64,000 nucleotides of DNA from Dehalococcoidia bacterium. GTDB taxonomy: Bacteria; Chloroflexota; Dehalococcoidia; Lucifugimonadales; CBDBON01. The stretch's first letter is position 1. Each line of letters opens with the position of its first letter. The stretch is from positions 2,656,650 through 2,720,649 of the forward strand of contig OZ240240.1 in the NCBI GenBank assembly GCA_965198105.1, in the 5' to 3' direction. A program made the position numbers and the translations under genes. The notes below the pieces were generated by a model. That model worked only from the letters and a program-made list of their open reading frames with translations, searched no databases and had not been told where the DNA came from. Of this stretch, positions 1 to 9,653 are shown piece by piece.

Positions 1-548
1 ACGCCGTCGGAGCCGAGGTCCGACGCGAGCTGCCTCACCACGTTCTCCAGGGCGGCCTTGGCTGTGCCCATCACGTTGTATCCTGGGAAGACGCGCTCCG
101 ACGCCTGGAAGGTGAGGGTCAGGATGCTCCCGCCTTCGGTCATGAGCGGCGAGCCGTGGCGCGCGATCGACACCAGCGAGTATGCGCTGATGTCCAGCGC
201 CATACGGAAGCCGTCGCGCCCGGTGTCGACGAAGCGGCCGCCGAGGTCGTCACGGTTGGCGAAGGCGATGCTGTGGACGATGAAGTCCAGCCTGCCGAGC
301 TCGGCGCCGGCGCGGTCGAACGCGGCTGCGACGTTATCCTCCGAGGAGACGTCACACTCGACGAGCGGGGAGTCCTCCCAGTCCGAGACGAGCCTGGCGA
401 CGTTGCCCTTCACGCGCTCGTTCTGGTAGGCCATCGCCAGCCGGGCGCCGGCCTGGTGGAGCGTCCGGGCTATCGCCCAGGCGATGCTGCGGCTGTTCGC
501 GACTCCGAAGACTATTCCGGTCTTTCCACTCAGATCGATCGGGTACAT
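1..548 (-). CDS. fabI: enoyl-ACP reductase (5' part; runs off the window edge)
   Basis: Manual translation from ATG at 548: MYPIDLSGKTGIVFGVANSRSIAWAIA..., the FabI N-terminal signature; GGAG SD upstream. Not in the ORF track because it is truncated. Confidence 0.9.
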   Translation of the reverse strand, partial: MYPIDLSGKTGIVFGVANSRSIAWAIARTLHQAGARLAMAYQNERVKGNVARLVSDWEDSPLVECDVSSEDNVAAAFDRAGAELGRLDFIVHSIAFANRDDLGGRFVDTGRDGFRMALDISAYSLVSIARHGSPLMTEGGSILTLTFQASERVFPGYNVMGTAKAALENVVRQLASDLGSDG

Positions 549-635
549 CTTTTCTCTCCAGTTAGCGGCGGTGTCGTCAGCGGCGTCTGTCGGGCTCCGC
601 CCCGAGTCCTGTCATATCGCAGCCGCAGCCTGTCA

Positions 636-1472
636 TCACAGCGCCCGCCAGTAACGGCGGCCCTTGACGCGGACGAGGCGACCGAAGCCGGGCGCCGGGA
701 AGTGGCCCGAGACGGCGACGGCGCCGTCCCGCTCGATCCGGTCCATGAGCCTCCGCCGACTCGCCTCCGACTCCTTCCGGTCGGCGTCCGCCCGCGGACT
801 CCAGCCGGTCTCCTGGGCCTGCGCCGGATGGTGCGCGGCGTCTCCCAGGATGGCGGCGCGCTCGCCGAGCGAGGAGAGCAGGAGGCTGGTGTGGCCGGGC
901 GTGTGGCCCGGAGTGGGCAGCGTCGTGACCTCTCCGGTGACCTCGTGCTCGCCCTCGATCAGGTCGAGGACGCCCAGGCTTTCCAGAGGCGTTACCTGCT
1001 CGCGTATGTAGGCGAAGGCGCTCAGGCCGTCCCGGCGGGTGTAGACCTCCCAGTCGGCCCGAGGCAGCAGGTAGCGCGCGTTCGGGAAGGTCGGACGGAC
1101 GCGGCCGGCGTCCCGGGTCAGGTTCCACCCGACGTGGTCGCGGTGGAGGTGGGTTATGAATACAAGGTCGACATCCTCCACGTCGACGGCCTTGGCCCGC
1201 AGGTCGTCGAGCAGCCTCCCGAACACCGCGCCGCCGAAGCCCCGGTCGCTCCGGCCCAGTCCCGTATCGACCAGTATCGTCTTCGCCTGAGACCTTACAA
1301 GGAACGAGCCGACGTTGAGCGCTATGTTGCCCTCGACGGTCAGCTCGTCGCGGTAGGGCTCCCAGTCGGCCCGGGGCACCGACGGGAAAAAGTCGGTGAC
1401 GGGCATCTCCAGGCGGCCGTCCGACAGCGACGTGATGGTGACGTTCCCGACGGCGATCGTATGGCGTGGCAT
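636..1472 (-). CDS. MBL-fold metallo-hydrolase (AHL-lactonase/methyl-parathion-hydrolase-like)
   Basis: HLHRDHVG, TPGHTPGH, GDAAH and C-terminal GHF motifs; GGAG SD. Confidence 0.85.
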   Translation of the reverse strand: MPRHTIAVGNVTITSLSDGRLEMPVTDFFPSVPRADWEPYRDELTVEGNIALNVGSFLVRSQAKTILVDTGLGRSDRGFGGAVFGRLLDDLRAKAVDVEDVDLVFITHLHRDHVGWNLTRDAGRVRPTFPNARYLLPRADWEVYTRRDGLSAFAYIREQVTPLESLGVLDLIEGEHEVTGEVTTLPTPGHTPGHTSLLLSSLGERAAILGDAAHHPAQAQETGWSPRADADRKESEASRRRLMDRIERDGAVAVSGHFPAPGFGRLVRVKGRRYWRAL

Positions 1473-1483
1473 GGGAGGTCGCG

Positions 1484-2458
1484 CTACTTGGGCGTGGTAA
1501 GGGCGGAGAGCCTTCCGGTCTCAGCGAGGTCCAGCCTGGGCTGCGATCCGGATACCCGGTCCAGGAGCGCATTCAGCCGCGCAACGAGGTCGGTACGCCT
1601 GTCGTCGTCCCACCAGGCGAGGAACTGGTCGTGCGCGTAGCTGCCGCTCCACCTCTCGAAGGAGGCGAGCTGGCCGAACACCTCGCGCAACTCCGCATCC
1701 TTCGACCTGTCGCGCCATCGCAGCATCAGGCCGCAGGCCGCATCATGATCGTTGATCTCTCCGAGCCTGTCCTGGAGCTCCCCGAGCAGAGGCGCGGCAC
1801 GCCTGAACGAGGCGCCGGAGACCTCTCCGACCACCTCCAGGGAGTACCTTACGCGCTTCTCCGCGATTCTCATTGCGTGGAGGGCCGCCGTATCGGTCAG
1901 GTCGGCCGACGACCTGGCGAAGAACCGGTCGAGCACTGGCCTGAGGGCGTCGTCGACCCAGACCCTGATCTCGGGCTCCGCTCCCTCTCCGTACCATCCG
2001 ACCCGCTTGGAGGTGCGACGGAAGAGACTCCTGAGGCCCTGCCTGCGGGCTCTCCCGTGGGCCTTTACGAGTGGCTTCTGGGCCCGGCGTCTCTCCTTCC
2101 CGATGCGGTCGAGAGCGGCCGAGAGCTGGGGAGTCGTTCCCCACGCCTCGGCGAGCCGTGACAGCCTCTGCCCTATGACATCCAGGTCGCGCGCCGGTCC
2201 AGCGGCGCGTCGGATGCGTCCGAGCCTGCGATCCAGCTCGTTGCGGAGAGAGGGAGGCAGACACGGGGCGAAGATACGCAGCGCGGCGGCGGCCTTGCGA
2301 ACGCCGACGCGAAGGTCGTGGACGTACTCCACGTCCCTCTCCGCCTCCTTCGCGGCGAGCGGCAGCAGCCGCGCCACCCGTCTCAACCGGCGGTCGATCG
2401 TCCGCCGGGCAAGCCGGCTTACCGGCTGGGCGGCGTCCATCGACGCTCCATCCTTCAT
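1484..2458 (-). CDS. CHAD domain protein (polyphosphate-binding)
   Basis: HDLRVGVRK, HAMRIAEKRVRY and LQDRLGEINDHD motifs; ATG at 2458 overlaps the sixA stop (ATGA). Confidence 0.85.
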   Translation of the reverse strand: MKDGASMDAAQPVSRLARRTIDRRLRRVARLLPLAAKEAERDVEYVHDLRVGVRKAAAALRIFAPCLPPSLRNELDRRLGRIRRAAGPARDLDVIGQRLSRLAEAWGTTPQLSAALDRIGKERRRAQKPLVKAHGRARRQGLRSLFRRTSKRVGWYGEGAEPEIRVWVDDALRPVLDRFFARSSADLTDTAALHAMRIAEKRVRYSLEVVGEVSGASFRRAAPLLGELQDRLGEINDHDAACGLMLRWRDRSKDAELREVFGQLASFERWSGSYAHDQFLAWWDDDRRTDLVARLNALLDRVSGSQPRLDLAETGRLSALTTPK

Positions 2459-2958
2459 CCGAGCCTGACCATCTGCTTTGGCGTCATGGACCATTCGATC
2501 CATCCGCAGCGTCCATACCGGGGAGAGGGCACGCGCAGCTTGCAGAGAGCCCCCTTTCTGAGCCGGATGAGGGGGCCCGGCTCTTCGGCAACCAGCACTG
2601 AGACCAGACTGCTGAGGTACGGTTCGTGTCCCACGACCATCACGCTGCCGTCGCGCGGATACTCGGAGGAGATCTCTCCTATCAGGTCGGAGGGAGACCC
2701 TCCCGGCGCAAGGGCATCCGACCTTACCAGTCTACCGGAGCCGCGCAACCCGGCGTGGACGATCTCCGCCGTCTCCGCCGCGCGGACGAGAGGACTGGTG
2801 ACTATCGTATCCAGCGCGATGCCCAACGCATTCAGCCCCTTCACCTGCCGGGTCATACGGCGAATCCCGTCGGGAGTCAGCGGCCGGTCGTAGTCGGAGG
2901 GGTAGTCCGGACTGCCTCTGTCCACCGCGACCCCATGTCTCAGTACGTACAGGTCCAT
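2455..2958 (-). CDS. sixA: phosphohistidine phosphatase SixA
   Basis: LYVLRHG, RPLTPDG, TSPLVRAAETA and VGHEP motifs. Confidence 0.9.
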   Translation of the reverse strand: MDLYVLRHGVAVDRGSPDYPSDYDRPLTPDGIRRMTRQVKGLNALGIALDTIVTSPLVRAAETAEIVHAGLRGSGRLVRSDALAPGGSPSDLIGEISSEYPRDGSVMVVGHEPYLSSLVSVLVAEEPGPLIRLRKGALCKLRVPSPRYGRCGWIEWSMTPKQMVRLG

Positions 2959-2964
2959 ATGCGG

Positions 2965-3918
2965 CTAACCCGATCTCAGAGCGGCGGCGGGCCGGCGCTC
3001 CGGGATGCGGCGCATCGCCATGTCGGCCAGAAGGCCCTCTCTGAGGCCGACCCTCGGAATCGTCAGCGTCGTCGCCCACACCACGTTCATGAGCGCCTGA
3101 AGGACCACCGTCGCCGGGTAGATCACGTCCGCCCTGTCCGGCCTCAGCCTCAGCTCCACGCGCCGGCTCTCGAAATCGAGAACCTCCAGCGCGGCCCTCG
3201 TCCTGTCGATGTCGTCTATGTAGGCGAAGGAGGTGGCCCGCTTGCCGACCCTCCTTCCGTTCAGGTCGCCTATCGCCTCCACGTTGCCCCCCGTCCCGAC
3301 GAAGAGGCCCAAGAGGTTGTGCCCGAAGAGGCTTACGATCCAGGCGCGCGTCTCGGACGCCAGCTCTTCGACCATCCCTGCGAACCGCTCCTGTCCGTTC
3401 CGCTCGTCGGAGAGGACCTGGAGCATCCGGACCGTGCCCAGCCGGTAGCTGCGGCTGTCGATAAGCAGGCCGTCCGACATGAGGGCGACCTCGACACTTC
3501 CTCCTCCGATATCGACCAGCACTCCCTGCCCGGTCTGGACGTTCAGCTTCCGCGATACGGCCAAGTGTACCAGCCTGGCCTCTTCGGCGCCGTTTATGAC
3601 GGCTACCTCTATGCCGGTCTCCTCCCGTATCCTGTCGATCAGCTCCCGGCCGTTCGCGGCCTCCCTCACCGCGCTCGTCGCGACCCCGGCCGCATGCTCC
3701 ACATTCCGGCTCCCGATCGAATCGCAGAATCGGCGGAAGGCCTGAACGCTCCTGTCGATGATCCCGGAGGAGAGACGGCCAGAAGAAAAGACGTCCTGGC
3801 CGAGCCGTACCGGCTCCCGCTCAGTATCGATGACGTTGATCTTGCCGTTTGCCAGGACATCGCCGATGGCTAGTCGCATCGCGTTGGAGCCAACGTCGAT
3901 GGCGGCAAGAGTTGTCAA
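2965..3918 (-). CDS. ppx: Ppx/GppA family exopolyphosphatase (short form, no C-terminal HD domain)
   Basis: AIDVGSNAMRL, ATSAVREA, EEARL, DIGGGSVE, RADVI and GLREG motifs; TTG start. Confidence 0.9.
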   Translation of the reverse strand: MTTLAAIDVGSNAMRLAIGDVLANGKINVIDTEREPVRLGQDVFSSGRLSSGIIDRSVQAFRRFCDSIGSRNVEHAAGVATSAVREAANGRELIDRIREETGIEVAVINGAEEARLVHLAVSRKLNVQTGQGVLVDIGGGSVEVALMSDGLLIDSRSYRLGTVRMLQVLSDERNGQERFAGMVEELASETRAWIVSLFGHNLLGLFVGTGGNVEAIGDLNGRRVGKRATSFAYIDDIDRTRAALEVLDFESRRVELRLRPDRADVIYPATVVLQALMNVVWATTLTIPRVGLREGLLADMAMRRIPERRPAAALRSG

Positions 3919-4103
3919 CGGCTACCCTGCATCAGAGGCTGGGGCGTCCGGTCGAGCGCCCGTTTCAGGGACGCGCCGGCGAGGCCCGAACCAGTCTATC
4001 AGCAGCCGATGAGCCCGTTCAACCGGACGCCAATTTGCAATCCCGGCAGACCCGTCATATGATACTGTCTCGCACATCGACCTTGAAGCAGCAGGCGGCG
4101 AGC

Positions 4104-5063
4104 ATGGCGAATTCGCAACGCGTCCGGGGCTACTACACCTACTTCTACGGGGACAACCACGAGTCCCCGGGCAAGCGGTCGAAGATCCTCGACGCCGAGC
4201 CGCTGGACGACCCCCTGAACATCGACACCATCAAGCGCGTCAGGTACTTCAGGGACAACATCTATCCGTACGCCAGGAGGATGGGCTTCCAGGAGTACTA
4301 CGATCACAAGTTCCCCCTCCAGGTCGAGCTGGTGAAGCTTCAGAACTGGATCAGGGAGACGGGCGAGCGGGTGATAATCCTGTTCGAGGGCCGTGACGCC
4401 GCCGGGAAGGGCGGTACGATCCGGCGGTTCATGGAGCACTGGAACCCCCGGAGCGCGCGGGTCGTCGCTCTCGACAAGCCTTCGGACGTCGAACGGAAGC
4501 AGTGGTACTTCCAGAGATACGTACGCCACTTCCCAACGGCGGGCGAGATCGTTCTCTTCGACCGGTCGTGGTACAACCGCGCCGGCGTGGAGCGGGTGAT
4601 GGGCTTCTCGGAAGAGAAGGACTACAGGCTGTTCATGCACCAGGCGCCGCGGTTGGAGGAGATGATCGTCGACAGCGGCATTCGCCTGATCAAGCTCTAC
4701 TTCTCGGTCAGCCGGAGGGAGCAGCTCCGGCGCTTCAAGAAGCGGTCCAAGGACCCCCTGAAGCAGTGGAAGGTGAGTCCGGTCGACCTGCTCTCCAGGG
4801 ACAAGTGGAAGGAGTACACGGAGGCGAAGGTGGCCATGTTCCTCCTGACCCACACGCCGACCGCTCCGTGGACGATCGTCAAGTCGGACGACAAGATGCG
4901 GGCCAGGATCAACGCGATGCGCCACGTGCTGCACGTGATCGACTACGAAGGCAAGGACCCGACGGTCGCCTGTGAGCCGGACCCCTCCATCGTCGCCTCC
5001 GCCAGCCATATCTACGCGGCCGGCGCGCCACTGGCCGCCGCCGTCGAACGGGCCCTCATCTGA
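4104..5063 (+). CDS. ppk2: polyphosphate kinase 2
   Basis: FEGRDAAGKGG Walker A, DRSWYNRAGVERVMG and WKVSPVD motifs; start codon approximate. Confidence 0.93.
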   Translation: MANSQRVRGYYTYFYGDNHESPGKRSKILDAEPLDDPLNIDTIKRVRYFRDNIYPYARRMGFQEYYDHKFPLQVELVKLQNWIRETGERVIILFEGRDAAGKGGTIRRFMEHWNPRSARVVALDKPSDVERKQWYFQRYVRHFPTAGEIVLFDRSWYNRAGVERVMGFSEEKDYRLFMHQAPRLEEMIVDSGIRLIKLYFSVSRREQLRRFKKRSKDPLKQWKVSPVDLLSRDKWKEYTEAKVAMFLLTHTPTAPWTIVKSDDKMRARINAMRHVLHVIDYEGKDPTVACEPDPSIVASASHIYAAGAPLAAAVERALI

Positions 5064-5080
5064 GCCGCCGCCACGGCATC

Positions 5081-5785
5081 CTGGGACCGCTCGACATCGT
5101 CCCGGGGGTCTTTCAGCTCAGGGCGGTTGGCGCCCGGGTCACCCTGCTGGAGGACGAGGACGGGCTGGTCCTCGTGGACGCCGGCAGCGCGGGAAGCCAT
5201 GCGCTCATTTCGGCAGGTCTTCGCAACGCCGGCTACACGATGGGGGATGTGCGCCTCGCGGTCGCGACTCACTGCCATCCCGACCACTCGGGCGGGCTGG
5301 CCCAGCTTACGAAGATGTCGATTCCCGTCGCCGCCCACGAGGAGGACGCTCCGATCATCAGCAGGGAGGAGGCGTACCCGAACCCTCTCAGGAACCCGGC
5401 CCTGGCCACCATGGTGTCGCCGCTGATCCGGACCCTCGCGGGAGAGGGCGCTCCGGTGGCCCACAGACTCCGCGACGGGGACACCCTTCCCACCATGGAC
5501 GGCGTCAGGGTGGTACACACGCCGGGCCACACCGCCGGAAGCATCTGTCTCTACGTGGAGTCCAAGCGGCTCCTGATCGTCGGCGACGCGCTCGAGCACC
5601 GCAGGGGCGCTCTCGGCCCGCCCGCCCGTCACGTCACCAGCGACTTCGGGATGGCGGTCAGATCGCTCGGCAAGCTGGCTGCGCTGGACGTGGCGACCAT
5701 CTGCTTCGGCCACTTCCGGCCGCTGCGCGAGCGGGCTCGAGAGTCTCTCAGACAACTGATATCGGAGTACAATAGGCCCGGCTAG
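5081..5785 (+). CDS. MBL-fold metallo-hydrolase (start codon uncertain)
   Basis: THCHPDHSGG, TPGHTAGS, GDAL and GHF motifs; the family-like N-terminus (DIVPGVFQL..VTLL..LVLVDAG) extends upstream of the GTG at 5174. Confidence 0.75.
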   Translation: MGPLDIVPGVFQLRAVGARVTLLEDEDGLVLVDAGSAGSHALISAGLRNAGYTMGDVRLAVATHCHPDHSGGLAQLTKMSIPVAAHEEDAPIISREEAYPNPLRNPALATMVSPLIRTLAGEGAPVAHRLRDGDTLPTMDGVRVVHTPGHTAGSICLYVESKRLLIVGDALEHRRGALGPPARHVTSDFGMAVRSLGKLAALDVATICFGHFRPLRERARESLRQLISEYNRPG

Positions 5786-5895
5786 CGGTCAAAGACCCTC
5801 GCCGGGGGTGTGGGGGCATCCCACACACCTTCTTCGAGGTGCGTGATGGGGAAAGTCGGCAGTATTAGGACGTTGGTCCACTAGAGAGGTTGGAG

Positions 5896-8394
5896 ATGGA
5901 TACGGTTGACAGGCAGTGGCGGGACGAAGGCGAGACACTGGCCGATTTCCTGAAGACGAAGGCCGACCTGTTCGGCGACCGCCCCGCCCTCTACTTCAAG
6001 CCCGGCTTCAGGTATCTGTCCTGGTCTTACCGGGAGCTCTGGGAGGGGGCCGGACGAGTCGCCAGCCTCCTTCAGTCCAGGGGGATCGAGAAGGGCGACC
6101 GAGTGCTGCTCTGGGGGCCCAACTGTCCGCAGTGGGTGCTCGTCTACTTCGGATGCGTGCGGGCGGGCGTGGTGCTGGTCCCGCTCGACCTGAGGAGCGC
6201 CCCGGAGTTCGTCGCCAGAGTGGCTTCGAAGACACGGCCCAAGCTGGCCTTCGTCTCCAGCGTGACGCCCCGGCGGCCGGAGGGTTTCGACGCGCCCGAG
6301 CTGCTTCTCGACCGGATCGAGCAGGAGTCGAGCGCGATGCCGGAGCCCGGCCCGGTCGATCTCGGCTGGGACGACCTCGTTGAGGTGATGTTCACGTCGG
6401 GGACCACCGGCGATCCCAAGGGCGTCATGCTGACGCACGGCAACCTCCTGTCCAACATGGTGGGAGTCACCCGGTACGTCTCCGGCAAGCCGACGGACCG
6501 GCTGCTGTCGATACTCCCCCTCAGCCATATGTTCGAGCAGATGGGCGGCCTGCTCGTCCCGCTCAAGGCCGGAGCCAACGTAACCTATCTCGCCAGCCTC
6601 AAACCGTCCGTGCTGGTGCGGACGGCCTCGGAGCGCCGCCCGACGCTCATGCTGCTGGTGCCTCAGGCCCTCGATCTGCTGATGAAATCGATAGAGCGCG
6701 AGGTGGCGCGACAGGGCAAGCAGAGACTCTGGGAGCGCTCCCACGCGGTCGCCGGACGGATGCCTAACGCGGTTCGGCGCGTCATCTTCAGGCGGGTGCT
6801 GAAGCGGCTCGGGGGAGCGCTCCAGTTCGTCTTCAGCGGCGGCGCCGCCCTGGACCCGGAGCTGGGCGCCAAGTGGGAGCGGCTGGGGATCAGGGTCATC
6901 CAGGGCTACGGCGCCACCGAGGCCAGCCCCGTCATCAGCTGTCATACGATGGAGCGTCCCGACTTCCGGTCCTCGGGGCCGCCCGTGCCCGGCGTGGAGG
7001 TGCGCGTCGCCGCGGACGGCGAGCTGCTGGTGCGCGGTCCCAACGTCGCCCAGGGCTACTGGGAGGCGCCGGAGCCTACCGCCGCCGCCTTCGACGACGG
7101 ATGGTACAAGACCGGCGACCTCGGACTCATCGACGCGCAGGGAGCCGTCCACGTCAGAGGGAGAAAAAAAGACATGATCGTCCTGCCCAACGGGCAGAAC
7201 GTCTATCCGGAGGACGTCGAGGCCGTCCTGGCCAGGCACTCCGACGTCACGGACGCGACCGTCGTCGGCCTCCCGAAGGACGGAGCGGTCCAGGTCCACG
7301 CCGTCCTGCTGATGGAGCAGCCCGGCAGGGCGGCTGACGCCGTTGCCTGGGCGAACGGACAGCTCGGCGACCACCAGCGGGTCCGGGGGCATACCGTCTG
7401 GCCCGACGACGACCTCCCGCGCACCCACACCCTGAAGGTGAAGAAGCCGGTCGTTCTGGATCGGCTGACGAGTTCGGCCGGCGTGCCGTCTGCCGGAGAG
7501 GCCCCGAAGGAGGACCCCTCGAAGGGGCGGAGCAGAGTGCAGCTTCTGATCGCCGAGGTGGCCGGCGTCTCTCCCGCCCTGATACGCCCTGACGCGTCGC
7601 TGGGGGAGACGCTGGAGATGGACTCCCTGAAGCGTGTCGAGCTGCTCTCCGCGATAGAGGAGGAGTTGGGCGTCTACGTGGACGAGACGCAGGTGGGAGC
7701 CGGGACGACCGTGCGGCAGCTCGAAGCGCTCGTAAGGGCCGACTCCCGCACGTCGCAGATCGCCTTTCCCCGCTGGGGTATGTCTCCCTGGTGCAGGCTC
7801 CTCAGGGGGCTCATACAGAGGCTGATCATCTTCCCCGCGATGGCGATGGCGTACAAGACGACCGTCACCGGCGCCGACAACGTCCAGGTGAACGGCCCGG
7901 TCATCGTAGCCGCCAACCACACCATCCACCTGGACAACGGGATCATCCTGCGCTCGATGCCGGCGTCGCTGCGCCGGAGGCTGGCCATCGCCGCCTCCGA
8001 CCACATGTGGAGCAACCCGGTGCGAAGTCTGACCATCCCGCTCCTGGGCAACGGCTTCCCCTTCTCCAGGGAGGGGAACGTCCGCAGGAGCCTGGAGAAC
8101 ATCGGACGCATCGTCGACGGCGGATGGTCGGTGCTGATCTATCCCGAGGGAGAGCTGACCGGCACAGGGCCGCTGAGGCCCTTCCTCGGAGGGACGGGGC
8201 TGATCTGCGTGGGCGGGCGCATCCCGGTCGTCCCCCTGCGGGTGAAGGTCCGCCGCACCGGCTTTCCTGCCTACTTCCCCCTGCTTCGCCGGGGGGACGT
8301 CGAGGTCTGCTTTGGCAGGCCGCTCCGCTTCGGACCGGATGTGTCGTACAGGGAGGCGACGGCCGCGATCGAAGGGGCGGTCCGAGCGCTGTAG
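5896..8394 (+). CDS. fatty acyl-AMP ligase + acyl carrier (PP-binding) + PlsC-type acyltransferase fusion
   Basis: FTSGTTGDPKG, GYGATE and TGDLG (adenylation); MDSLKRVEL (phosphopantetheine Ser); ANHTIHLD and IYPEG (acyltransferase). Confidence 0.88.
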   Translation: MDTVDRQWRDEGETLADFLKTKADLFGDRPALYFKPGFRYLSWSYRELWEGAGRVASLLQSRGIEKGDRVLLWGPNCPQWVLVYFGCVRAGVVLVPLDLRSAPEFVARVASKTRPKLAFVSSVTPRRPEGFDAPELLLDRIEQESSAMPEPGPVDLGWDDLVEVMFTSGTTGDPKGVMLTHGNLLSNMVGVTRYVSGKPTDRLLSILPLSHMFEQMGGLLVPLKAGANVTYLASLKPSVLVRTASERRPTLMLLVPQALDLLMKSIEREVARQGKQRLWERSHAVAGRMPNAVRRVIFRRVLKRLGGALQFVFSGGAALDPELGAKWERLGIRVIQGYGATEASPVISCHTMERPDFRSSGPPVPGVEVRVAADGELLVRGPNVAQGYWEAPEPTAAAFDDGWYKTGDLGLIDAQGAVHVRGRKKDMIVLPNGQNVYPEDVEAVLARHSDVTDATVVGLPKDGAVQVHAVLLMEQPGRAADAVAWANGQLGDHQRVRGHTVWPDDDLPRTHTLKVKKPVVLDRLTSSAGVPSAGEAPKEDPSKGRSRVQLLIAEVAGVSPALIRPDASLGETLEMDSLKRVELLSAIEEELGVYVDETQVGAGTTVRQLEALVRADSRTSQIAFPRWGMSPWCRLLRGLIQRLIIFPAMAMAYKTTVTGADNVQVNGPVIVAANHTIHLDNGIILRSMPASLRRRLAIAASDHMWSNPVRSLTIPLLGNGFPFSREGNVRRSLENIGRIVDGGWSVLIYPEGELTGTGPLRPFLGGTGLICVGGRIPVVPLRVKVRRTGFPAYFPLLRRGDVEVCFGRPLRFGPDVSYREATAAIEGAVRAL

Positions 8395-8518
8395 GGGCCG
8401 GGCTCGAAACCTAACCGAACAGACGCCGGAGCGTCCCGCTCGGTTAGGCTCTCCTCTCCCGGCGGCCTACCTGTGACACAGCCTCCGCGTATCGCGCGGA
8501 AGCTGTGCGTCGTTCGCT

Positions 8519-9580
8519 CTACTCGGTGGGCCAGCCGTCGGGAATCTCGTTGGCTTCCAGAGCAGACTCTATGGCTTCGGCGGCCTCTGTGGTAACCCAG
8601 CCCTTCCACAGGTCCGCGTTGCCGTTCAGCCACCAGAGCGCGGCATCGTTAGCGGTGGCGTCCGGGTTCTCGCTCTGCCACGCGGCGACCTCTTTGTAGA
8701 TGCCGATGTTGAAGTCCCACTTCCGCAGCATCGCGACGACGTCGGGGGCGTTGACCGTCAGGTCAGGGTGGACCGCGATCAGGATCGTCGCGTCCTCGTA
8801 TGCGCAGGCTTTGGTGGTGAACCAGCACTCGTCGCTGTACGCGGGCTCTTCGAGTCTGACGATGTCCAGGACCAGCGCCGGGTCGTTCGTGCCCCACTGG
8901 TAGCCGAGCCAGGGCTCGCCCTTCTCGTAAGCGCCGTAGAGATCGGCGTTGGCCGCCGCGCCGTCACCGGGATTGATGACGTGCACGTGGTCAGCCAGTC
9001 CGTAGCCCTCGATCTGCTTCGCGTTGACCTCCTCGCAGGCCCAGCCGATTACGCAGGACACCAGCCGCGCCTTGCCCCCGGTCTCGGCGGTCGCGAACAG
9101 CTCCTTGAACTTGTCGTCTTTCAGATCGTCGACGCTGTCCAGGTCGGGATACTGCTCCTGGAGGTAGGCCGGAATGACGAAAGCGGACTGCCAGTCCTTG
9201 CCCAGGCTTTCGCCCACGGGGACGACTTCCCCGGCGGCCTGCGCCTCCATCCAGGCCTCATCCTGGTTGGGCAGCCAGATCTCCATCGTCACGTGGCTGT
9301 CGCCGCGGCGCAGTCCCTGGAACAGGGGCAGAGTCGAGCCGAATACCACGTCCGTGGGATAGCCGTAGCCCTTCTCGACGATGTACTGGGCGATGCGGTC
9401 CTGGACCTGGGCGCTCGTCCAGTTCAGGTCGCTGAAGACGATTTTCTCTTTGGGTCCGGGCGTCGGGGTCACCTCGACTATCCTATCGACAACTTCTGGC
9501 TCCGAAGAGCATCCAACGAGCGCGACCGCGATGGCCGCGAGCAACATTCCAACTACAGCCAGCATCTTGACTTCCTTCAA
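8519..9580 (-). CDS. glycine betaine/proline-type ABC transporter substrate-binding lipoprotein (ProX/OpuAC family)
   Basis: Lipobox LVGC; DLNWTS, MEIWLPN and GCVIGWACE-like motifs; third gene of the proV-proW cluster. Confidence 0.85.
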   Translation of the reverse strand: MKEVKMLAVVGMLLAAIAVALVGCSSEPEVVDRIVEVTPTPGPKEKIVFSDLNWTSAQVQDRIAQYIVEKGYGYPTDVVFGSTLPLFQGLRRGDSHVTMEIWLPNQDEAWMEAQAAGEVVPVGESLGKDWQSAFVIPAYLQEQYPDLDSVDDLKDDKFKELFATAETGGKARLVSCVIGWACEEVNAKQIEGYGLADHVHVINPGDGAAANADLYGAYEKGEPWLGYQWGTNDPALVLDIVRLEEPAYSDECWFTTKACAYEDATILIAVHPDLTVNAPDVVAMLRKWDFNIGIYKEVAAWQSENPDATANDAALWWLNGNADLWKGWVTTEAAEAIESALEANEIPDGWPTE

Positions 9581-9653
9581 TTCCTTGCTCCTTTCGCTAA
9601 CCGGTTCTGGTCATGATAACACTATCTGAGCGGCAATTCAGGATCGACCGGAG

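Noticed and set aside
5800-5830. GGGGGTGTGGGGGCATCCCACACACC hairpin
   Set aside because: Only one copy in the window; it may be another dispersed repeat or a terminator, and this cannot be resolved here.
5881-8004. Long antisense ORFs (e.g. 5881-8004, 12915-14312, 25915-27291, 32863-34647, 59490-60653)
   Set aside because: They are shadow frames opposite well-supported genes in high-GC DNA and have no recognisable motifs.
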